64,000 nucleotides of DNA from a virus: positions 32,001 to 96,000 of IMG/VR virus record IMGVR_UViG_3300042314_001189; one strand, 5' to 3'. The notes under the pieces are model-generated. The model made no database searches, was not told the DNA's origin, and worked only from the letters and a program-made list of their open reading frames with translations. Position 1 is the stretch's first letter. Every line of letters starts with the position of its first letter. Positions 57,915-64,000 of the stretch are shown one piece after another. Made by a program: the position numbers and the translations under genes.

Positions 57915-59354
57915 ATGAGCACATTATTGAAAGCAATGCAAACAAATGATTCGTTAACTGAAAACGGTATGGCGACTAACTCATCATCATTAAACCACTG
58001 TGTAGACTTGTTCTTCCAAATTGGTGCGATGAGAGGGCAAGACAAACAACGTTTGATTAACGCTTTTACCAAAGCGTTTGCTGAGAACCCTTTAAACGCA
58101 ATGCGTTTATTGTTTTGGGCTCGTGACGTTAGAGGCGGTGCTGGTGAAAGACAAATCTTTAGAGATATTGTTGAGTACTTGGCTAAAAACCGTACTGAAA
58201 CGTTAGGTAAAAACTTGCATTTGATTAGCGAGTATGGACGTTGGGATGATGTATTGGCTTTGGTTGGTACACCATTAGAAACACAAGCGTTGGACTTAGT
58301 TTCTTCTGCGTTAAACAGAAAAGACGGTTTATGTGCTAAGTGGATGCCACGTCCAAACGTTACAAATCGTGAGAAAAAAAGATGGGCTAGTGCTGTTAGA
58401 AAGCACATGGGGTTAACACCAAAAGAATACCGTAAATTGTTAGCTGAAAACTCTAACACTGTTGAGAAATTGATGTGTGCTAAAGAATTCACTAAAATTG
58501 ATTACTCTAAATTGCCGTCAAAAGCGATGAGTGACCTTATGAAGGCGTTTTCTAGAAATGACTTAGAAAGATTCCAAGCTTACTTGGCATCTTTAGAAAA
58601 AGGTGAGGTAAAAATCAATGCTGGTGCGGTATACCCATATGACATCGTTAAAAACTTGAAACATGGTAGTGCAAGAGGTGCTAACGCACAATGGACTGCG
58701 TTGCCAAACTACATGGAAGGAAACAACGAGTTTGTTTTACCAGTAGTTGACGTTTCTGGTTCAATGTCATGCCCAGCTGGTGGTAACCCTAACGTTACTT
58801 GTATGGATGTAGCAATCTCTTTGGGGTTATACATCTCTGAAAGAAACGTTGGACCTTTCCAAGATGCGTTTGTTACTTTCTCTGAAAGTCCAAAACTTCA
58901 AATCCTTAAAGGTTCTTTAGAAGAAAGATATAATCAACTTCAAAGAGCTGATTGGGATATGTCGACTAACTTGGAAGCTGTATTTAAGTTAATTCTTAAA
59001 AAAGCTAAAGAGTCAAACGTGCCACAAAGCGAAATGCCGACAATGGTTCTTGTGTTGTCTGATATGGAATTCAATTCTGCTGTAAGAGGTAGAAGCTGGA
59101 ACCCAACAGCGCAACAAATGATTGAATCAATGTACGCTGAGGCTGGATATAAAACTCCGAAAGTAGTTTATTGGAATATCCAATCTAGAGGTGACAATAA
59201 CAAACCAGTACACTTTGATACAAATGGTACTGCGTTAGTATCGGGGTTCTCCCCAGCTTTATTGACTAACTTGTTAGCTGGTAAAGATATGACTCCAATG
59301 TCTATGATGTTGAGTGTTATTGACTCTGAGCGTTACTCACCAGTAACAATCTAA
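57915..59354 (+). CDS. DUF2828-type protein: helical (TROVE/Ro60-like) N-terminus plus VWA domain
   Basis: TENG, RDVRGGAGER, YGRWDD, AKWMPR, IDYSKLPS.AM, MIDAS VVDVSGSM, STN, LSDMEF, SGFSP. Confidence 0.8.
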   Translation: MSTLLKAMQTNDSLTENGMATNSSSLNHCVDLFFQIGAMRGQDKQRLINAFTKAFAENPLNAMRLLFWARDVRGGAGERQIFRDIVEYLAKNRTETLGKNLHLISEYGRWDDVLALVGTPLETQALDLVSSALNRKDGLCAKWMPRPNVTNREKKRWASAVRKHMGLTPKEYRKLLAENSNTVEKLMCAKEFTKIDYSKLPSKAMSDLMKAFSRNDLERFQAYLASLEKGEVKINAGAVYPYDIVKNLKHGSARGANAQWTALPNYMEGNNEFVLPVVDVSGSMSCPAGGNPNVTCMDVAISLGLYISERNVGPFQDAFVTFSESPKLQILKGSLEERYNQLQRADWDMSTNLEAVFKLILKKAKESNVPQSEMPTMVLVLSDMEFNSAVRGRSWNPTAQQMIESMYAEAGYKTPKVVYWNIQSRGDNNKPVHFDTNGTALVSGFSPALLTNLLAGKDMTPMSMMLSVIDSERYSPVTI

Positions 59355-59385
59355 GAAACTGGGCTGTAATAGGCCCAGCTTTCTT
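59353..59385 (+). other. GC-rich hairpin directly after the stop codon (processing site, stabiliser or weak terminator)
   Basis: AAGAAA-CTGGGC-TGTAATAG-GCCCAG-C-TTTCTT. Confidence 0.7.
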
Positions 59386-59389
59386 CAAG

Positions 59390-59574
59390 TGTTTGTATAG
59401 AAAGATATTTTCAGCAATCTAAAAAAACTATACAATTATGATTCAGAACAAGTTGAAAACTAAAACCCTATGGGCTGTTTTTGACAAACGTAGGTGCCAA
59501 GACCTCTTTTTAAAATTGGCAACTTCTTTCATAGAGTTTAGAAGTTAAACTACTCCCGTATCTTGATGCAAACA
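59390..59574 (+). ncRNA. Candidate structured non-coding RNA (about 185 nt) with end-to-end closing stem
   Basis: 5' TGTTTGTAT..AAGATA pairs with 3' TATCTT-G-ATGCAAACA; internal hairpins; no ORF in the track; flanked by hairpin and terminator. Confidence 0.55.
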
Positions 59575-59576
59575 TT

Positions 59577-59608
59577 AAAAAAAAGGTCCTTTTAAAGGGC
59601 CTTTTTTA
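59577..59608 (+). terminator. Rho-independent terminator
   Basis: A-run GGTCCTT-TTA-AAGGGCC-TTTTTT. Confidence 0.8.
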
Positions 59609-59689
59609 GTTTATGCTATTTACACTATGAAAAAAAATCGATATTGTTGTTTATTATTTTAAAGATAACATTATATTTAGAGATAGCGA

Positions 59690-59959
59690 ATGAAAAGAAT
59701 AGTTGTAAAAGAAATTGACAAGTTAAAAAGCACCATGTATGGTGACAAAGTTATAAGTGAATACTTAATTTATTTAATTTTGAACCAAGGTGGTGGAGAC
59801 ATAACCTTAAATGGTTTCACCGAATATGGTGAAAAAAATAAAGATGCTAGAGTTGATGAACTTATTGTCGAACACTTCGTAAACAATGAAACACTTGCTA
59901 AAATAAATAAAAAAGAAATCATCCAAGAAGTAACGTTTTTGGAACATTTAAAAAATTAA
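59690..59959 (+). CDS. Hypothetical protein (89 aa)
   Basis: ORF on the coding strand. Confidence 0.65.
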   Translation: MKRIVVKEIDKLKSTMYGDKVISEYLIYLILNQGGGDITLNGFTEYGEKNKDARVDELIVEHFVNNETLAKINKKEIIQEVTFLEHLKN

Positions 59960-59965
59960 TTAAAA

Positions 59966-60361
59966 ATGAAAGAAAGTTACCCACTAATCATAGTGTTCTA
60001 TTTGGACGCTGATATGATGAAAGTCAAAGAAATCATCCAACCATTTGCTGATTCAGTAAATACTATGTTGGCACACAAAAATGCAAACGCTATGGCGTTC
60101 TTTATCCCAACAAAAGGTGAAGAAAGAGTTGAATGTATCAACCCATCAATAATCGCTGAAGCTGACATGGCCAAGATAAATGAAATGGTAGAAGATATTA
60201 GAAAAAGTTTTGCTATTGGTGAAGATATCGATGTTTCAGATGAAGAAATTGATATGACCGAAGAAGAAATGATTGATGAGCTAACAAAAATAGCTGAACA
60301 ATTAAACACCAAACCATGCGATTGTGGTAATAACCCAGATGGTAAATGTAAATGCGATTAA
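59966..60361 (+). CDS. Hypothetical protein with Cys-rich C-terminus
   Basis: Ends PCDCGNNPDGKCKCD. Confidence 0.7.
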   Translation: MKESYPLIIVFYLDADMMKVKEIIQPFADSVNTMLAHKNANAMAFFIPTKGEERVECINPSIIAEADMAKINEMVEDIRKSFAIGEDIDVSDEEIDMTEEEMIDELTKIAEQLNTKPCDCGNNPDGKCKCD

Positions 60362-60362
60362 T

Positions 60363-60551
60363 ATGACACAACAAGAAAAAGCTTATTTATATGATGAATA
60401 CATTAGAGAAAGCGATAAACTACAAAGAGAAAACTCTAAAATAAAATCAGAGTACGTTACAAACATACCACCACATCTTCAAGCAGTGATTGATAAAAAC
60501 AACGCTAGGATTGCAACACTAGTTGTTAATTTAGAAAATTTATTTAGATAA
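60363..60551 (+). CDS. Small coiled-coil hypothetical protein
   Basis: ATG 60363 just after the upstream stop is preferred to GTG 60324. Confidence 0.6.
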   Translation: MTQQEKAYLYDEYIRESDKLQRENSKIKSEYVTNIPPHLQAVIDKNNARIATLVVNLENLFR

Positions 60552-60553
60552 AA

Positions 60554-61210
60554 TCAAGGTCTAGTACTAGTCCTTCTTATTTTAGTATAACGCCAGCCCG
60601 TTTCTTCGTGTATTATATCATACATTCGACCAACGGTTGCTGGCGTTGCTGTACCCATAAACATAAGACTTTTAATTTTTTGTTTTTTAGCTATTTTGGC
60701 TAGTGTGTGGTGTAAACGTTGAGCATCTTCTAAATTTTTACAAATAACCATATCAAATTGGTCTTCGTTATAAATTATTAGTTTATTATGGACTACAATT
60801 ATTTGTTTGACCATTTTTTTGGAATGAGCACCAATCATTAATTTTTTAACAACTTCTTTTATTGTAGGTCTTTCTGATTTTTTGTCTAAACCATAAACCC
60901 AAAAAGTTTCTTCTATTTGATATTCGTCTGAAGTCAATATAGTCCAATCACCCAAAGCTTTTTCGGTATATAGTTTACCATAATCATCTCTAAGTACTCT
61001 AAATGTATCGTCTTTTTCGGTTACCTTAGTAACACATATTTCATATTTTACTGGTTTTAAACCATTGGCGTTTAAGAATCTCTTAGGGTATAAAACGTTA
61101 TTTTCCTCTCTTAACTTATGGTAGTTAAGAAAGGCAGTTTCTTTGGTTTTACTCTTATGAAGTGTTTTTTTGTATTTACCGTTTGATGTTAAAATCACCC
61201 TATATGTCAT
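60554..61210 (-). CDS. Basic hypothetical protein (218 aa)
   Basis: Long minus-strand ORF filling the gap; K/R-rich. Confidence 0.75.
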   Translation of the reverse strand: MTYRVILTSNGKYKKTLHKSKTKETAFLNYHKLREENNVLYPKRFLNANGLKPVKYEICVTKVTEKDDTFRVLRDDYGKLYTEKALGDWTILTSDEYQIEETFWVYGLDKKSERPTIKEVVKKLMIGAHSKKMVKQIIVVHNKLIIYNEDQFDMVICKNLEDAQRLHHTLAKIAKKQKIKSLMFMGTATPATVGRMYDIIHEETGWRYTKIRRTSTRP

Positions 61211-61216
61211 GAAAAG

Positions 61217-61247
61217 TTGTTTTTTATTATAAAAATATGTATATTTG
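61217..61247 (+). promoter_or_regulatory. Bacteroidota-type promoter
   Basis: TTG(61217)-N20-TATATTTG(61240). Confidence 0.7.
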
Positions 61248-61267
61248 CAAAAAAATAAAGGTTTATA

Positions 61268-62293
61268 ATGAGCAAAAGAGATTATTACGAAGTCTTAGGA
61301 CTTAAAAAAGGTGCTTCGGCTGATGAAATAAAAAAGTCTTATCGCAAATTAGCTAAAGAACACCATCCAGATAAAGGTGGTGATGAAAATATCTTTAAAG
61401 ATATTTCAGAAGCCTACGAAACACTATCTGACAGTGATAAAAAAGCCAACTACGATAGATTTGGTCACTCTAACCAACGACAAGGGAACCCATTTGGTGG
61501 TTCTAGAAACCCTTTTTCAACTGGTTTTGATAATGAACCAAACATTAGAGTTGGTCCAAACATGTCTTTGTTATTAAAATTGACGCTTGAAGAGATTTAC
61601 ACTGGTGTTAAGAAAACATATAAATACACTAGAGGTGTTAGTTGTACTGGATGCCATGGGCATGGTGGTGAAGACACGCATGATTGTCCATCATGTGGTG
61701 GTTCTGGTTACGTAATTCAAATCATGAATACACCAATCGGTCAAATCCAACAAAGAATGCGTTGCCATGTTTGTCAAACAACTGGTAAACGATATACCAA
61801 ACAATGCAAAAAGTGCAACGGTAGTGGTTTAACAAATGTAACTGAAACTATTGAGGTTGACGTACCACCAGGTGTCGTTGAAGGTATGACTTTCGTTATG
61901 GAAGGCAAAGGTAATGGAATAAAATCTGGTAATGAAGGTGATTTACATATAAAAATAATGGAATTACCACACAAAGTTTATACTAGGTCTGGTGCTGATT
62001 TAAAAATGAATTTAAAACTATCTTACCCACAATTAATCTTAGGTGATAAGGTTGAAATTGATACGATAGAAGGTGGTAAGATAAGGATAAACATACCAGA
62101 ATATAGTGATGTTGGTAATAACCTTAGAATACCGTTCAAAGGTGTTAAAGTGTATGGTAAAGAAGGTAGGGGTGATGTTCTTGTTACTTTAGGTGTTGAT
62201 ATACCTAAAAAAGTTGATGATGATACCAAGTCTTTAATTATAGATTTGAAAGAAAAATTAAATAAAAATGTTGCATCACAAGAAATGAATTAG
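61268..62293 (+). CDS. dnaJ: Molecular chaperone DnaJ (class A)
   Basis: RDYYEVLG, HPD motif, G/F region, four CxxCxGxG-type repeats, C-terminal domain. Confidence 0.95.
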   Translation: MSKRDYYEVLGLKKGASADEIKKSYRKLAKEHHPDKGGDENIFKDISEAYETLSDSDKKANYDRFGHSNQRQGNPFGGSRNPFSTGFDNEPNIRVGPNMSLLLKLTLEEIYTGVKKTYKYTRGVSCTGCHGHGGEDTHDCPSCGGSGYVIQIMNTPIGQIQQRMRCHVCQTTGKRYTKQCKKCNGSGLTNVTETIEVDVPPGVVEGMTFVMEGKGNGIKSGNEGDLHIKIMELPHKVYTRSGADLKMNLKLSYPQLILGDKVEIDTIEGGKIRINIPEYSDVGNNLRIPFKGVKVYGKEGRGDVLVTLGVDIPKKVDDDTKSLIIDLKEKLNKNVASQEMN

Positions 62294-62301
62294 TATATTT
62301 G
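62271..62301 (+). promoter_or_regulatory. Bacteroidota-type promoter
   Basis: TTG(62271)-N20-TATATTTG(62294). Confidence 0.7.
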
Positions 62302-62336
62302 TAAAAATAAAAATAACATAAAAACAAAAATCTATT

Positions 62337-62789
62337 ATGGCAAAGTACGAAGAACCATTTGAAGACACACAAGACTTGTATAACGAGGTTATCCAAGCGG
62401 CTGGGTTAGACCAGTTCATTAATATTACTGTTTTGGTTAACACTAAAGCTAAAGACCTATTTAAGGTTAACAAAGCTAACGAATTGTTGAAATACAGAAC
62501 TGGTGATGATATCATTATTGTTTTGAATGAGAAAATTTTCGAACAATTAACACCAGAACAAAGAAGAATCGTTGTTGAAGAATCATTGGCTGGTATTCAT
62601 TACGATACTGAAAACGATAAATTGGTTATCACAAAAGCTGACGTTGTTACGTTTAGTGGTATCCTATCTAAATATTCGTTTGATGTTTGGAATGTATTAC
62701 AAGAGTCTGTTAAAACTCTTTACAATGCTGAAAAACAAGCCGAGGACGAAGCTGCTTCAGCAACTAGTAAAAAAGCAAAAGCATATTAA
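62337..62789 (+). CDS. Phage metallopeptidase-like protein, apparently lacking HExxH
   Basis: IIVLNEKIFEQLTPEQRRIVVEESLAGI..DV..F.GIL.KY resembles the putative phage metallopeptidase family. Confidence 0.5.
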   Translation: MAKYEEPFEDTQDLYNEVIQAAGLDQFINITVLVNTKAKDLFKVNKANELLKYRTGDDIIIVLNEKIFEQLTPEQRRIVVEESLAGIHYDTENDKLVITKADVVTFSGILSKYSFDVWNVLQESVKTLYNAEKQAEDEAASATSKKAKAY

Positions 62790-63094
62790 TGACTAGAGAA
62801 GATGCTGAAGAATTATTGGCTGATTCAAACCCAGAGGCGTTATTCCTCGATGGGTTTGATGATGCGATAATAGGTTTAGCCGAAAGACCTAATTTGGGTC
62901 CAATAGTGGCTTATAACGAAGAAAAAATCATCGAGATATTAACAGAACAAATGGAAGTTGATGCTGATGATTTAGACGATAGAGATTCTGAAGAGATTAA
63001 ATTAGAGATGGCTTTGGAATACTATTATTATAACGTAAAAGGTGCTTGGGTTGGTGAAAACACACCCATTATCATAACAACAAATTTTTATTAA
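62789..63094 (+). CDS. Hypothetical phage protein (101 aa)
   Basis: LDGFDDAIIG..YNVKGAWVGENTP; TAATG-coupled. Confidence 0.7.
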   Translation: MTREDAEELLADSNPEALFLDGFDDAIIGLAERPNLGPIVAYNEEKIIEILTEQMEVDADDLDDRDSEEIKLEMALEYYYYNVKGAWVGENTPIIITTNFY

Positions 63095-63095
63095 A

Positions 63096-63350
63096 ATGAA
63101 CAAACCATTAAAACAAATGTTAAAAGCAACGTTGGAAGCTCAAAGGCAAAAAGCGTTGACAACCCTTCAATTATTGGCACACCATTCAGTTGGTATTGGT
63201 GACCATTCAACTGAGGATTATTATAAAAACGCAGAAGAAGCACTTGCTGCTTTAACAGACGCTGATGATAAATTGGAAACACTTGACAGATATCAATTTT
63301 CAATGGAATCTGGTGAGTATGTAATAATAAAAGACGGAAGAAGACAATAA
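63096..63350 (+). CDS. Hypothetical protein (84 aa)
   Basis: Helical, VGIGDH motif; tightly packed. Confidence 0.7.
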   Translation: MNKPLKQMLKATLEAQRQKALTTLQLLAHHSVGIGDHSTEDYYKNAEEALAALTDADDKLETLDRYQFSMESGEYVIIKDGRRQ

Positions 63351-63351
63351 T

Positions 63352-64000
63352 ATGAACTTAACAAACGAATTTAAAGATTATGCTATTAAGCATATGGGTG
63401 TTTCCTCGGTAGAATTCTATCAATGGGAACAAATGCAAGATAAACTTTATGGTTCACAAGCATCACTTATGGTGCCATCGGCATCACTAACACCATACAT
63501 CTTAGAAGAAAGAGAAATGCGTGTAACACAAATGGATATTTTTTCTAGATTGATGATGGATAGAATTATCTGGTTAGCTGGTCCAGTTAACGACAGAATG
63601 AGTACGGTTGTACAAGCTCAGCTTATGTTCTTGGATAACTTGGAACAAAAAGATATCACGTTACATGTTGACTCGCCTGGTGGGTCGGTTAAATCTGGGT
63701 TATCAATTGTTGACGTTATGGATTACATTTCTTCAGATTGTATCACAATCAACACTGGTATGGCTGCAAGTATGGGTAGTATCTTGTTGGGTGCTGGTAC
63801 AAAAGGGAAAAGATATAGTTTACGTTTCAGTAGAGTTATGTTACACCAAGTTTCAACTGGAGCACAAGGTAACATCCAAGACATCAGACGTTCAATTGCT
63901 GAAGGTGAAAAATACAATGAATTGTTATTTGGTTTGTTAGGTGAATACACTGACAAAGACCCAAAACAAGTTATGGAAGATGCGTCACGTGATTTGTGGT
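63352..64000 (+). CDS. clpP: ATP-dependent Clp protease proteolytic subunit, 3'-truncated by the window edge (not in the ORF track)
   Basis: Manual translation: MNLTNEFKDYAIKH..TPYILEERE..MDIFSRLMMDRII..DSPGGSV..GMAASMGS..GTKGKR..VMLHQ. Confidence 0.93.
   Translation, partial: MNLTNEFKDYAIKHMGVSSVEFYQWEQMQDKLYGSQASLMVPSASLTPYILEEREMRVTQMDIFSRLMMDRIIWLAGPVNDRMSTVVQAQLMFLDNLEQKDITLHVDSPGGSVKSGLSIVDVMDYISSDCITINTGMAASMGSILLGAGTKGKRYSLRFSRVMLHQVSTGAQGNIQDIRRSIAEGEKYNELLFGLLGEYTDKDPKQVMEDASRDLW

Noticed and set aside
57896-58492. 198-aa minus-strand ORF antisense to the DUF2828-type gene
   Set aside because: Fully shadows a strongly supported + strand gene, has no motifs, and is expected from codon bias.
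59390-59574. Possible tRNA, or a small ORF starting at ATG 59438, in the long intergenic region
   Set aside because: No GTTCRA T-loop, canonical cloverleaf or CCA end was found; the ATG frame is short (about 36 codons) with no support. Kept only as a candidate novel ncRNA.
63608-63956. ORF-track entries 63608..63940 (+) and 63723..63956 (-)
   Set aside because: Both are off-frame shadows of clpP, which starts at 63352 and runs off the window.
1-64000. Stop-codon reassignment as seen in some large Bacteroidota phages
   Set aside because: Conserved genes are full-length in the standard code, TAA, TAG and TGA all end genes, and coding density is high.
1-64000. Eukaryotic giant-virus or bacterial chromosome origin (suggested by RNR, DnaJ, ClpP, sigma70, RNase HII)
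   Set aside because: gp25/gp6 baseplate, gp32-like SSB, tube-like protein, endolysin-holin cassette and bacterial promoters/terminators indicate a tailed phage; no integrase or host housekeeping operons are present.

Overview
The window is a 64-kb, very AT-rich, gene-dense segment of a large T4-like (contractile-tail) bacteriophage genome, almost entirely coded on the + strand in the standard genetic code. The host is very probably a Bacteroidota bacterium: about 12 copies of the Bacteroidota housekeeping promoter (TTG-N19/20-TAnnTTTG), no Shine-Dalgarno sites, and Bacteroidota-type sigma70, ClpP, Hc1 and SprB-like repeats. Modules in order: replication/recombination (gp32-like SSB, RecA/UvsX, 5'-3' exonuclease, DnaB helicase, NrdB/NrdA; 2-10 kb); baseplate/tail block (10.4-32.8 kb); RuvC-like resolvase, primase, PD-(D/E)xK nuclease, SbcD/SbcC and sigma70 (32.9-41.5 kb); late head-associated and lysis genes (41.6-52.4 kb); accessory genes (Hc1, Nudix, RNase HII, lipoprotein, DUF2828-type VWA protein, DnaJ, truncated ClpP). 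Top leads: (1) a Ro60/TROVE-like DUF2828-VWA gene followed directly by an unannotated ~185-nt structured RNA candidate, bracketed by a hairpin and a terminator; (2) a second promoter class, TATTTATA, mostly 21-27 nt before late genes and the reverse complement of the T4 late promoter; (3) late genes with N-terminal [LIV]-x-E leaders fused to candidate effector domains (ArdC-N plus zincin, ART-like, Nudix, membrane hairpin), suggesting capsid-packaged cargo. All family assignments come from motif recognition by eye; no searches were run.
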